Made by a program: the position numbers and the translations under genes | Assembly: GCF_009834535.1 (NCBI RefSeq) | Contig: NC_045696.1 | Span: 56,112,001 to 56,176,000 of the forward strand | DNA from: Camelus ferus | Lineage: Eukaryota | DNA length: 64,000 bases | Direction: 5' to 3' | Shown here: positions 38,721 to 53,407 of the stretch, piece by piece | How the letters are laid out: every line of letters begins with the position of its first letter | How positions within the stretch are numbered: position 1 is the first letter of the stretch | Notes under the pieces: generated by a model | The model's input: the letters and a program-made list of their open reading frames with translations, nothing else | What the model was told of the DNA's origin: nothing | The model's database searches: none

Positions 38721-41700
38721 TCTATTGCGGGCTTTGCCCCCTCATACCCTTGCACCCATTACTTAGGAAAGATAAAGAACATTCCTTTTTGGAAAAACTC
38801 ACTGAAAAAAAATTCTGTATCTTTGAGCACTACAAATTCAACACAGTTCCATCTGAAAATATGCCCAATTCACCCACCAAAAGCTAAACAAAAATATATA
38901 CAATAAACAATACAACTAAGGGATAGTCACAGTTATAGGTGACATGCATAGTAATGTACACCAACACCTAGGCACAACGGAGCCAAATATGCAAGGGAGG
39001 TAGTAGGGTCTATTATGTCTAGGTATTGAGAACAAAAAATGGCAGAACTCACCAGTAGCTGTGAATTCCCTTGGCTATTCTAAGAGAATTTAATATTCTT
39101 TTAGGATAGTTTCCAGTGGGGGAATTAAATATTTTGCAAAAATAAATAATCCGCGGATTACTTTTAGTCTGCAGACTAAAATTTAGTACACGGATTAAAA
39201 TCCGGCCCATCAGAATAAATATCTCTCATGAACTAAAACACAACCAGGTGGACAAAAATAGAAAACCAGACTAAAAAAACTGAGAGCACAAAGTAAGACT
39301 CAACTGGGCCGACTAACGATTAGTGCGCAGACTAAATATGGCCAGCCAAGAACGTTAGCAAGGCCATGAAGAGCCCAAAGCACCCCCTGTAAAAACTAAA
39401 ACCAAAAGGAAATAAATAAAACAAAACAGAACAAAGCAAAAAAGAAATAAATAAACAAAAGAAAGAAAGAAAACAAAAGAGAAAAGTAAAACTGAAAAGA
39501 ACCAATACACTGACATGAACTTTTAAGTGATTCAAATACTACCTCACCTGTGCAGCAACTCATTTTCTTAAATTGAAACAATCTGTCATCACAAATACTA
39601 GTCCATAGAAGAAACTAAGAGAAAAAAATTCATTTTTTTTCAGAAAGGAAGTCTCTGTGGTACTGAACAAATGCAAATGAGTCCTTAACTGAAGAGTTAT
39701 TCAAAATAAATTTGCATTTGGATAACTCAAAAATGATAGAGGCAATTTTCTCCTTACATGTCCTAGAATATAGACTTGCCATCAAATATCAAATTTCAAC
39801 CTGGAACTAACTGTTATGACTGAATCTCCAGCCCCTTAAATATATATATACCATATGAAGGCCTGTGGTTGAATCTCATAGCACCAACTCTCAACAATTC
39901 TATTGTATTAAACAACTGACCAGAGCAATGTAAAAACGCCCATAGGCAAAGATAATTAATCTAAGTAGAATGCAGAGCAAGTGCTGTGCCTATTCTTAAC
40001 AGCTATTCTTCCCAAGTTTTCATTGTGATAAATGTACAATATAGACACTGTTCTCTGGTCATACACAAAATACACAAACATCCAGTGTTAAAAACTGATA
40101 AACCATGAACACTCCTAAAGAGCAACCCTAATACTGGCTCTCAAGTAATCTATTAGTCATCTACAATTATTTGCAATGTGTAAGCCTAAATAGAGGACTA
40201 AAATGAGACAATGCCATGGATTTGTTGAAGAGTTGGAAGAATTTAAGTCTATTGAAGTGCTCGTGTGCAGTACATAATTCAGGAGAAACACAAACATCCT
40301 TTCCTTAGCTACAACAGAGCTAGCATTCAGAAAATTTCAGCTGCACCAAATAAAGACTTAAGAGTTTTCCTGAGCTCTACCACACATAAAGAATATCATA
40401 TATGTGCTGATATTAGCATTTAACTATGCAATGTAATTTCTCCCTCTAACCTCAATTACTGATTACAGTCCCACAGAAGTGTGATTTACCAAATGTCCAC
40501 TTATCCAATTTAATCTTTCATTATTCATAAAATGGTTAAGAATACAGGAATATTTCCTTTTCATCCACACCTCCTTATCTTAAGGGATAGTCCCCTAAGC
40601 TACAATAATTCCTGCCTTTATTGACACCTACGCAAATCCAAATCCTCCTTTAACAGTACCTGCCCCTCCATCCCCTCTAGTCCTTCTGTCACCTTTAAAG
40701 CAGGCTTCCTTTCCCCCTCTACTAATCACACTGGAGACCTTCCTTATCATACCTACAGCATGTGAAATAGCTTTGAACACCAATAGCACAAAATCAAGTA
40801 TATGCTTATATATTATATATAGTATTCATATTTGATTCAGCTAAGTTAGTTTTATCACTTATAAGTTTCTCAAAGAGGAAGACTGTATATTTTAGTTCTT
40901 TTGCATCCTTGATGGTATCCAGCAGAGCACTGATTACATAAAAAGATATGTGTTTTAAAACACAAATAAGTAAAAAAAAAAAAAAAAAAGGGTTTTACCT
41001 TCTTTTTCAATCCACCATCAACCCTATCCTGTGCCCCACAAGATATCTTGAAATTTGTCTTAGCATTCTTTCTTTTTTATATTAGTCTTCTTAAATATGG
41101 ATTAGCCACCCTAGCAGCTGGATTTTAATGTGCAATAGTTTCCAAAGAACTAAGAGTAATGCTAGCATAAACAGAGTGAGGTCTATTCACATAGGAAACT
41201 GGATGTTAGAAAAGAAGTGACTATTCTAGCACTAACAAAAATGTAGGTAGAAAACTCAGCAGATAACATAGTGTATTTATAAGGCAAGTGATAATGTATT
41301 AATTGAGTGTAGCAGGCATAGGGGTTGAGTAATAATACAGAAATTGATTATCTAAGCAACAGAACAAAACAGACAAGTGGCAAACAGGAATTCTAAGCCC
41401 ACTTGAAAGGCATTTTTGTTAATATGTGAAACTATAGTTAAAACAGGTAAGTTTACCAAGTGAAAAATCTTGTATTCTGAGGCTCAAGGGAAAAAAAAAA
41501 AGGATGATGAAGAAAGTCTTTTTTAAAAAGTATAGCAGTGTTTTTGGTTTAGCTTTAAGCATACAGAATAATAAATATAATAATTAGTTCAGTCTAGTCT
41601 AATTCTTTTGATGGCTGAAGTGACTTTAGAAGTCAATTTCCTACTTACTGTTAGCTAGTTGGAAATACTAGTATTCATTCATTTTGCAGTATGTGTACTA

Positions 41701-42901
41701 TGTTCTAAGAAATCACATATTATAAAGATCGATTTTTGTGGATAATGCTTTCTGGGATACTTAACCAATGATCCACATGGTCCCCACGTAACCTACAGAC
41801 ACTTAACTATGAAGTCAACTACTATGTATGCCAAAAACTTAGCAAAAAAAATTCTAAAGTAATTGATACTCATTTTATCATTCCCAATACCAAAGAGAAA
41901 TTAGGAACCCCTATAATACATATGGTATGACTTGGTAGGTACTACAGGTGTTATGTGGCGGGAATAACCATGGAGAGCTTGGATAAATAGAAAATGTTTC
42001 AAACGGAGAAGTGAGATTTGAGGTCTTGAGAAAAGGTCAAGATTTGGCAAGCAGAGAAAAAGAAGAACATTTTAAGTGTGAAAAAAAGACACTAGCAAGA
42101 GGTAGAAACAAATGTGGCTTCTCTGGGGAACAATTAGGTGAATAGTTTGATTAGAACAAAAAATTCAGTGAAGGTACATGATCCCTTCAAAGTTAGCAGG
42201 ACAACACGCCCATATGTAGCTAACATTCTAAGTAGCCCTAATCAAATTGGAAGAAATTAGGGCCTTTGGGATTCTAATCTACTTCCTTCCACTAACTATA
42301 TGTATCATTTATGAATTTCATTACTCTGAAAGAATATACAGACATCTGTGTTACCTAACTGACCTCACAGGATTATTTACTACTGGGTCAAAAAGGGGAA
42401 CAGTTGTCTTAAAGAACTTTAAACAAAAGGTTTAGCAGAATCAGGTACTCAAAATAGGGATGAAACTTATATATTACAATATAACTTTATTAGAAACCCT
42501 TAATCTACCGTAACTAAACACTAAGCTTTTAAACTCATTGCCCAACCATATGCATTTAAGGGTGGAAGAGCTGGACAAATTGGGAAAGACTGGGCTTAAC
42601 TGACCAGATGACTCAGGAAAGGTTAAGAGCAGGACATAGAACTAAATCTCTTGCTTTTCTGTAAAGAAAAAGTAGAAATGATTAGGAACAGTGACTGGAT
42701 ACTCTGTCATCCAAACTGGGAAAGTGAAGAGTGTAAAGGAACATGCAATTAATAATTACACTGGACAAGCATGAACTGGGACATGTGATCACTCTTGTCA
42801 TTATATATATGTCAAATTTTCCTAAATGCAATGAGGGATCAGGGAAGAATTTTAAATAGGAGGGACAATATCACATGTGCTTTTAAGAAAGCTGACTTTG
42901 A

Positions 42902-43080
42902 GGCCACCTCTCTCTCTCCCTCACCTTCGGAGACCGCCAGCACTCTGTCTACAGAGTATGTATCTACTTTTACTTTAAACTGAGCACCCAACCCCACCTC
43001 GTGGCCTTTCTCTCTTGCCTTCTGAAACAGCCTGCACTCTATGCAGTACGCATCTCTGCAAATAAATCTACATTTACCAA

Positions 43081-43106
<26 letters not shown>
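42902..43106 (+). mobile_element. Short polyadenylated retroposed insert (LTR-like sequence)
   Basis: AATAAA at 43061-43066, A28 tail, TSD aagctgactttga at 42889-42901 and 43113-43125. Confidence 0.8.
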
Positions 43107-43111
<5 letters not shown>

Positions 43112-45781
43112 CAAGCTGACTTTGACAGCAATGAGGATGTGAAAGATGTGAAGAAGGGAAACCAGTTAGGAGGTAGGAGGTTGTCTTTTTTTTTTTTTTA
43201 AACAATTTTATGATATAGTGATGGCTTAAACTAAAGCCAGGGCAGTGGACATAGGGAGGACAAATCTCAGGACTACACTGGAGGTACAATCTTTACATTT
43301 ATTCAGAACAAAAATGAAATAATCCTTTATATGCATACTTTATTTCTGAAAGAATCTAAAAAAAAAGATACAACAGCTAACTGCTACCTTACAAAAGACA
43401 AAACTTGATGCACAAAGGGTGGGAGCAGTGCTTAAACCAGATCCTTACTTAATACCTAGCAGACTGTCATTTAACCATACCTCCACGTACTAAACACAGA
43501 ATTTAAGCTTCCTCTCTCTTCCAACCAATCTCCGTCTCCATTTAATTCTCAAATTACTTTTGTTTTCACTTCCTTTTGCTTTCCATCTGGCTTTTATTCT
43601 TTTCGTGTACAGCATACACCAATGCAGAGGTATTTATCCTCCCCACCCTCACTCCCAATGTTGGTCCCTATTTCAAAACATTAGTACATATTTCTTTCCC
43701 AACTTAAGCCACAAATGCTTATTCAATGAATGAGGTTGTTCTGGCCATTAAGTAATAGTCAAGGGCATCTTACTGGAGTTTTAAAGTCTCAAGATTCCTG
43801 CCATATATTATACTGGGGTTATTTCATCATTTTGTTTGCCATCTTTCTTACACATCTGAATACTCTCGACCTCAATGTTCATGGAAGATATTTTCTCCCT
43901 TGATGTTTATGTCTGCCTGCTCTTTTGAAGACACGAGCTCCTACTTCTGAGGATACAGCCACACTACTGCAGCATAGGAAACGAGGGTTCACATGTTCAC
44001 AGCTTCAGAAAATGGGGCTAAAGCGGGGCCTAACATAAGACCTCAATAAAGGCAAAGTAGCAGACTCCTGTTTACCTGCCTTCCAAGGGCAAAAAGATCT
44101 TTTCTTTAGAGAACAATATTATGTATGTTTAAAAAAAAAAAAACTCCATGAGCTGAGTAGCGTTAAGAGAGCATTTCTCAAGCTGGTATCCACTATCACA
44201 ACAGAGGGGAGAGAGGAGTTAGTTCCCTCTAGAAATTTTAAATTTTGTTATTTTCATCTTGACAATAACCTATTTTTTAAAATCAATATAAGCATATTCA
44301 GGATCACCTAGATGACAGAGTAGTACCATGGAATTTCTGTGTTTGTATGTGGTTTAGTGTTTACAACCACAATAACACCAACCTAATTGTGTACACTAAT
44401 GAGTAACTAACATACTATTACATAATAAATGCATTTGTACCAAATGAGAACCAAATTATGTCAAGGCACACTCTATGAATGAAGGGTTCACAGGAGTTTG
44501 AAGAGACAAAAATAGCTGGGAGAACTGAGTTATTATTCTACATATGGTACAGGAAAGGAAACCTAAATAAAACAAACAAAAAGGGGTTTTGTATAGCTTA
44601 TTTGCATTTGAAAAAGATGAATGCAGGATACAGAAACATCAGGTGTCCATAAGGGCAAAGGAAGGTGTCAAGCACGCAAATTCAACACACTCTTCTGCTA
44701 CCTGCATGTTAACTGATAATGAACCATTCCTCACATTCCACCCTGGCTAATACCTGTGTTGAAGAGATATAATCCAGGGGAAAAATGTAGAATATGACAT
44801 ACACTAATATTGATAGCAGTCTTGATTAAAAAAAAAAAAAGGACCAAGACTGCTAAATAAGATCTCCTGACCTCATTGCAGCATTATATTGCTCAGAAAC
44901 TCTGTATTAGGGGTCACATGTGATGAATACTTAGATTAAATTAAACCAAAAAAAGCTTTGCTTAAATACAGAAATGCAGAACAAAGAAAATAAAATCACC
45001 TACACTCTTCTTACTCAAACTACTGTCAGCATTTTGGAATATTTTCCTATAGTAATTCAATACACAGAATTCTCTTTGCTTTTTGTTTCTTTTTAACATG
45101 GCTGAAATCATAGTACACTACAAACCACTTGTTATAAAACTTAATTTGGAGTAACTTTGCTTGACTCAAACTGCAACTAAGTCTCTAAATCCAAATAGGT
45201 CACCTAGGATTCTCTGAGTTTAGAACCAGTGAGAGACCCTAACAATCTGACCAGATTCAAAAGAAATTTCAAGTACAAAGATCAAAGAATGATTTATCTC
45301 AGAACATTTAATGTTTACTATAAACTTAAAAAGAGGGCTGGGGACAGGGCAACATCTTGGTCAATAAAAGCTGCAACCTGTAATTCCGGCACTAAAATAC
45401 TACTGAGATCTTTGATTCTAAATAGTAAAATTAGTAACAAAGGATTTTCTGAAGTGAAGAGAGGTAATGATATTATCATAACCTGAAAAAAAGTAACCTG
45501 AATCATAATACAATTTAGAAAGAGAAAGAGACATACTTTGAATCTGCAAATGTAAATTTTCACTCATAGCCCCGAATTACTTCACCTCTTACTATAAAAG
45601 ATCTATAATCAATTAAATGAACTTGTCAATGTTCACAACAAACTGTTATACATATATTTTTAATATTAAAAAGTCTGTTTGAAATCATATTGAAAGCTGA
45701 ACACTTCTAATCCACAAAAGTATGTAATTGGGAAGGGGGCTACATGGCACATAGCTAGAAGTTTAAAAGATTTGGCATTAA

Positions 45782-45804
45782 AACACACACACACACACAC
45801 ACAA

Positions 45805-45842
<38 letters not shown>

Positions 45843-45843
45843 A
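45782..45843. repeat. Interrupted (AC)n microsatellite
   Basis: Read directly. Confidence 0.95.
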
Positions 45844-46691
45844 AAGAAAGGAAGCTTAATCCTGGCTTTGTCACAGCCACTTATGTAATCTTAGATGAGA
45901 CATTTGCTATCTTTAGCTAGTTTCAGAATCTGTAAAATGAGAGATTCACTCTCACTTTAAACCCTATTGAAATTTTTTTCCCCTCTGCACACAATTTCAC
46001 AAATCAAAATGACATGAAAACAAGTTTTTTAAAAAATCTCTCTAAAATCATTTCAGTTAAGTATCAAAGCAAAACACAACAAGTTTTCTCCTAAGTTAGA
46101 CTTTTGCTCTTAGAACAGGCTCCATCTAAATGTTGAAGTTAGGCTTTTTCAGTGGCTAGAGACATCCTGTTGACATATCAATTGCTTTCTCCTAGCAAGA
46201 TCAAATCTTCGTTTTCATTCCTGCTCCCAAAACACCAATAGGAAAGTAAACAAGAGAAGAAAAACACAAAATATCATCTGTAATAAGGTCTATATATTAA
46301 TAGTTTAAAAAAGAATAAAAATACATAAAATGTATATTTTATATGCTGTATGATACTGAATAGTAAGAATCTGTAACTATGTAAAGAAATTACTTCTGAA
46401 TTTTAACTAGTCAAAATTTACCTGTAAGAGCCTGTTCCTAAGTGAAATTCTTTATTTGAAGGATATGTATACATACTGTTCTCACCCTAAATAAAAACTC
46501 AGGCTGGAAACTTTCTACAGGAAATCAATGGAGATGAACCTATACAGTGAAAAACTGAAGTACAACTACCCAACCATTTTCATACACAGAAGTGCTGTTG
46601 TACTTTGTACTCTGGTAGCCGTCCAGTCTCAAAATAGTTTAAAAACAATGAGAAATCCAACTTCTAGTTAGCTACTGGTTCATGTGCTTTA

Positions 46692-46811
<120 letters not shown>

Positions 46812-47739
46812 CTAAACAAAGAAAGTAAATTATTGCCATATTTTTCTATACACTTAGAAATATAGTCTTTATGTTTTAATGTATTGGTTTCACTAGAAAA
46901 AGGAATTCCAAAGTTACAAAATACTTACTGATTAAATAGAGCAGATTTTGTGAAAGCCTTTAATTCCCAACTGACTACAGAACCTATGCTATATTACCCT
47001 ATACAGACTTTCATGATAATAATAATAATAATGGTAAATCAGGGTTGTAAAAAAAAGATAACTCAAAAATATTCAAGTGAAAATACGCATCTTTATTCTG
47101 TCTAGAAAAACAACCTATCGCAATGACAGCACCTAAAATGAGAATATCTTTTATTCATTTAGTAAAGTAAGCCAAAAGTTTTATTATCAATAAATTAGAA
47201 GAATCTTACTCAAACGTGGTCATCAATAATTTCATTCAACCACTGAACATTAAGTGTATGTCCCCGTGTACTAGGAACTACACCACGATACATGAAGGAC
47301 ACAAAGAACAAAAGATTTCCTGCTGTGATAAACTTACATATCTGTGTGTGGAAAAAAAGTATAACTACAAGATGAAAATATATTGAGCACTTCATTGCCT
47401 ACAAAGCTGTACTAGGCACCAGAAAAAGGAAAGTAAATGGACCTGTCTGCACAAAACAGACAATGGGAAGAAACATTAAATACTATAACCAGCACTCTGA
47501 AGAAAGATTACATATAATACCCATCTTCGTAACTCTAGGGCCCAGTTTAAAACAAGTTTGTTGAAACAAAATATTAAGCCATGTACAATTCAAGGATATT
47601 GAACAGAAGGAGTAAAATGTAATGATAAGTACTTGATTTGTGGCAATCAATAATCAGGGCAAAGTAAGAATTTCAGTATTTTTGTCATTGTTTTTGGTTC
47701 TAATTCTCCAGACTTCACTAAAACTTTCAGAACTTAATC

Positions 47740-48485
47740 AAAATCTTAAGTTTCATCCTTCAAAAGACACTCTTAAGAAGACAAAAGGCAAGCTACAGAC
47801 TGAGAGAAAACATATTCAAAGGACTCTTACAATTCAAAAACAGGAAGACAAACAACCAATAAAAATGGACAAAAGAAAAGATATCCAGTGCTGGTGGAAA
47901 TGTAAAATGGTACATCTTAGAGAATACTTTGGCAGTCTGTTAGAAAGTTAAACATATACTTACCATACACTCATCATTCCCACTTCCAGCTATTTACCCA
48001 AGAGAACTGAAAGCATATGCCCATACAAAGACTTGTACACTAACGTGTATAGCATCTTTTTTGTAACTGACACAAAGTAGAAATAACTCAAATGCCCACA
48101 ACAGGTGAGTGAACAAATAAATGGTAGTATATTCATACAATGGAATACCACTCAGTAATAAAAAAGAACATGAATGAATCGAAATAACTATATACTGAGC
48201 AAAAGAAGCCAGACAAAAAGTACCCACTGTATAATTTAATTCATATGGAATTCTAGAAAATTTTCTGCCTATAGTGACAGAAAGAAGATCCATGGTTATG
48301 AGGGGCCAGAGGGAAGTATTACAAAGAGGCACCAGGAAATTACTGAGGGTTATAAATATGTTCATTATGTCGATTTCATGGTGATAGTTTCATGACAGGT
48401 GTATACATATGTCAAACTCACCAAATTACATACTTTAAATATGTATATATACTTCATTGTATGTCAATTATACCTGAAATAAAAA
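47740..48485 (+). mobile_element. Old L1M 3' fragment
   Basis: ctggtggaaatgtaaaatggtaca, catacaatggaataccactcag, tgtcaattatacct...aataaa. Confidence 0.8.
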
Positions 48486-49189
48486 CTTTCAGAAATTATT
48501 TAAATATTAGAATACATAAAGTTTGAGTAAGACAGGTGGAAAGAACATTGAGCTATAGAACAATAGTATTATTTGTCAGTATAAGTCAAAAAAGAATCTA
48601 GTTAACTATAAACTGACCTTTAATTGCCTTATAACTTCTGAGCAAACTCCTGATGTTATTAGAAATAAAATTAAAAAGATGTGCAAAAATAATCTAATTA
48701 TAACACATCATTCTAACTTCTATATCTAACATTGTTCTGGGGGAAAGCTCACTCTTAGGGCACTGAAAATAAAGTTATATTTCCAGTAATAAGACTTCCT
48801 TTCCTTCTTGTAGTAGAATTCCAGCTTTACAGAGAGGAACAAGATATCTAGCACTGGGAAGGGAACTCTCTGGCCTTTGCAGCTGTAGCTATCAGACATC
48901 TGTAAGTCAGGAACTATCCATACTTAACATATGAAGGCTAAAAGGAATCTTAACTTAGTTTTTATTTTTAAATAATAAAGCAAGCACTTACATTCTATAT
49001 TAGATCTTTGATGAAGGGTGTCTGTGTGTATATGTACTGGGGAAAAGGGAAAAGGGTGAAAAAGAAGGGAGAGTGAACTTATTGATAATTCTGCCTCCCA
49101 AATGCAACTCCACTGGATTCTTTCAAGTGCTAAAGAAAAACAACAGCAATGATATGAAAAAATGAGTATTTAAAAATGTATACACCTTC

Positions 49190-49735
49190 AATAATCCTAT
49201 CACACACTAATTCCATTTTAAGGCAAATATTCTAACCTATATATTTAGAGGAACTATACATTTATTCTCTGTAATAACACAATATTGCAGGCAAAAGCAA
49301 AAACCTAACATTGAATTAATAAACTGTGATGTAGTTATCCAATGGTATACTAACTAGCAATGAAAATAAATGAACCAGAGCTACACATACTTTATGGCTG
49401 AATCTCACGTAGTGGTGAGTTTTTACTCAACAATGAATATATAACCTGCCCTTTACAAAGTTTAAAAATAGGCAACACTAAACTATATTTTAGTTTACAT
49501 AGTAAAACTGTGAAACTAAACTGAAAGCATAGAAATATCTAGAAAAATCAATAATAGATTAGCTTAACAGAGAGGATGTAGGAGGAAGGATTGTGACTGG
49601 GAGGGGCCTAAGTAGTTCCTCTAATTCAAATTCTTAATATGAGTGGTGGTTACATGGATAGCCACTTTATTATTATGCTTTAAACTGTACATTTTTATGT
49701 ATTTTTGCAATATAATATATTTCACAATAAACAAA
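49190..49735 (+). mobile_element. Degenerate L1ME-like 3' fragment
   Basis: aataaactgtgatgtag...aatgaaccagagctaca...gtggtggttacatgg motifs. Confidence 0.55.
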
Positions 49736-51034
49736 ATGATACCTAAGAAACGCCCACTCTTGAATCAGTGAGTATTTTTTTTGTGCAGTCCCTCTACATT
49801 TACTGAGTACTCTGTTAACACAAGGCACAGTCCTAACTCCCTTGGAGTTGGTAAGAATGCCAAAAGAAATGAGGGATGTATGCTGTCCATTAGTATATGC
49901 ATCTTTTTACTGTATGGAGAGAGATCACCTGAACTTATCAACCATTTGGCTGACTTTCCCACAGGGGCTATGTGTGAGAATTCAAGAATTACACACTGTG
50001 TAATGAAAAGGCAGGCTGCTTCCTGAAGTGAGTGTTTCAACTCTCATTATGCATTTTATTATAATCTAAGAATATTCCAAATGGAAGTAAAGCTGTGAAA
50101 TACACAATAAAACAGGTGAGAAACATATGACATATACACAATGTTTACTTAACAAAAAAATTTTAATAATTTATTTTATGTGAAAGCACGAAGGTATACT
50201 ACATGTGTGTATATGTGTATTAACTCCCACATTCTCCCTAAACTCACCATCTCACAGCCATTTAGAGCTAAACATTTACCCCAAATTTTATAAATGAAAA
50301 ATTTCAAACATGAGAAAAGTTGCATCCTTTTTTTCTAAATAGTGAAAACACTCTCCTCTTATATCAAATACCCATGTGTATGATTAACATTTTACTATAT
50401 TTGGTTCATCACATTTCCACTGATCCACTTTATTTTCTGATGCATTTGAAAGTCAGCTGCAGTACCTGTCAGCATACATACAATTAAATAAGGTTCAATA
50501 TTAATGACTTTGTAATCCAGCATTTTTTATATACCTAGAATCCTCTTTCACTAGTACATGGATGTGAAAAAATCTTTTACGACAATGGGAAATAATCTGC
50601 TTTGATGACTGGTGATGATATTAAAAGATTCTGAATAGTACTTTTAATTGGTGGTCAGAGTTTAACTGTATTTTTACTTTAAAAATGTAGGTATTTGTGA
50701 CTTTTAAGGAACTTTATTACTAACTAGTAAATGGAATCATTGATATATTCACTATCAATTATTTACAAGCAATTAACTAAATAAACTAGTCTCACCATGA
50801 AGTGGCAATGGAGACCTTTTTATCCCTTTGTTACAGCTACATGACCTTAAATCACTAAGGGTACTAGATACAGAAAGAGAGATTCTAACGTCACAGTCTA
50901 TGTTTAATTTCTCTTACCAAATATTCAACTACTGTATCATTTTTCTTTTTCTTCTCTCTCTCTTTTTTTAACCTTAAAACTACATTCTCCCCAGGTTGGC
51001 TAATAGAGCTAGAACCAAGATGGGAGATCCACTA

Positions 51035-51220
51035 GTCTATGGGTCAGCACTTTTTTTTTTAAAGGGCCAGAGAGTAAATATCTTAGGCTTTGTGGGCCAG
51101 AGCAGCTCTGCCTCTTAGTCAACTCTACCACTGTAGCACAAAGTAGCAGTAAATAAAAGTTAATCTGCAAAAACAGGCAATAGACTTTGTTTGGTTCCTG
51201 GGCCCTAGTTGCTGACCTTT
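51035..51220. mobile_element. MER58A-like hAT MITE
   Basis: ggtcagca...aaagggccagagagtaaatatcttaggctttgtgggcca...gttgctgacc with terminal inverted repeats. Confidence 0.75.
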
Positions 51221-53029
51221 GATCTAGTCCTAACATTCTAGAGATGAGAAAAACTGAGACTCAGAAGGAACAACTTTCCAGAGGTCAGAACTAAACAGAG
51301 GCAGAACTAGAATATGTCAATCTTATCAGTGGCAAACCAATTTTAGGAGATGATATTGAAGAATTTGTTTATTGACTTGGTTGGAGGACAAACAATTTCA
51401 GTTTTTAATTTTGGTAGTTGTGAAAAATGTTGGTGCTATTAAGCATGAAGGAATAGAGCTGGAAGAGAAAACAGTAGTTAATATATTCAAGACGAACCTG
51501 GAGGAGTTCTCCACCAAGGGGTGGATATAAGTATATAATTTAGAAGAGAGCTTGAGGCTAGAACCTGATGTACAGCTATTAAGGCGACTACGAGGGTAAC
51601 AGGCAAAGCAGGCTGAAGGAGAAGAGTGCTGAAGATGGGGACTCAAAAGATACAAATATATGGAAAACGGGAAATTTAAAAAGAAGGATGATATAGAAGT
51701 CTAAGAGACTGGAAGAAGTTCCCACAGACGATGACACCATGGAGGACAAGGAACATTTAAAGGACAGAGAGGTAGGTACCTGATACAACAGCCCAGGTAA
51801 AATACAGATCAAATGGTGTTCACTAATGCTGGCCATGAAGGCTTCCTTTCTGACCTTGGCGAGATCAGTCATGAGAATGGCAAGCAGACTGTAATCACTT
51901 GAAATGACTACATGAAGACAGCATGTATATATTTTCCTTTTAAAAGGTCCATCAGTGAGGGAAAGGAAAGAACAAAGAGAAGAACTTTTTTACTGAGCAC
52001 CCAGCATGTAAAGCTCTGTGCTACGTATATTAATTTTCTTTTCTGATTTAAACTTTATAGATACTCTATTACCTCATTTCACACTTAAGAGAAGCCTAAG
52101 GTTGACTGAGGTAACCCGACTTCTCAGAGTTACAGTTTGTCAACAGTAAATAAGGGATTCAAATGCATGTGTAGCTGACTCCCTAAAATGGTCTACCTAA
52201 TATTAAGGACAGAAACAAGAAAAGGTTTTTTAAAAATATATGCTTTTAAAAAAACACTTTATTAAACTCCATTGGTTATACCATAAAATAAAACCTAAAT
52301 TCTTTGGAGTTGTGCAGGATATATTAAGATTTCATAAGTTCACAAGACTATAATTAAATGTTAAAAAATAAAAGGTTAGACTTTACTTGACAACTTAAAA
52401 AAATACAATTTAAATAAAATCTATCCATATCATGGTAATTCAACTTAATACAAAGAATATCTTGAACTGCTAATATTATGAATTATAGATCTCAGGCAAC
52501 AGAATAATATGAAGAAATACTGGCATCTAATTTGCTAAACAAGTTCAAAAAGTGTAACAAATCTCCAACTTACTTTATACATTTTTGTAAAGATTATTTT
52601 AATAATTTAGCAATTTTGATAAATCACTATCAGGCTTTTTTAGCTGCAGGTTTTCACTGCTTAAGTATATCTGCAATACCAAACATACAAGTTTAGTATT
52701 TTGTCTGTGAGTGATTGTTTCACAAGTATAGAATTTTGACTGGAATGTTAAATGGTGGACAAGTACTAAGGATGTGCACATTGTAAGTAATTTTACTGAA
52801 AGAACTTTTAATCTCAAGGCCTAAGTTACAGAGATCATTGTTATAGAACTGCTTTAGGTATAAATACTGTGAGTATCTAATGGGGAGCCATAACTAATTT
52901 AAAGTGGTCAAATGTAAACTAAAAATCTTATATAACACAGTGCAATTTTGTATAACTTTCCATCAGTTGTTCAAAAACTTTGGAATGTCATGCAAAGGTT
53001 TGCATTATTTAAAAAAAAAAAAAGACTAT

Positions 53030-53376
53030 TACACACTTCTGCTTCTAGTCATTACTAAGTAACTGATACCAGAATTGTCCTCTAGGTATAAACAACTAGA
53101 AAAATGATTGACAAAATATTCTTTAAAGAAGAAATAAATGTGATCCAAAAGGAAGAGGGGGAAAAATATTAGTCAACCTACACAGATCTAGAAATGACAG
53201 AGATAAAAGAATGGACAAGAGAGGAGTTTAAAATAGCTATTGTAATGAGGAGACAAATGGAAGACAAAAAAAAAAAAGAACCATACGGTAACTGTATAGT
53301 TGAAAAATATGGCATGTGAAACGAAAACTTCCCTGGAGGTTTAACAGCAGACAAGACACCACAGAAGACAATCAAT

Positions 53377-53407
<31 letters not shown>

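Noticed and set aside
39147..39334. Palindrome array as CRISPR-like
   Set aside because: Eukaryotic intron, degenerate units, no regular unique spacers, no cas genes
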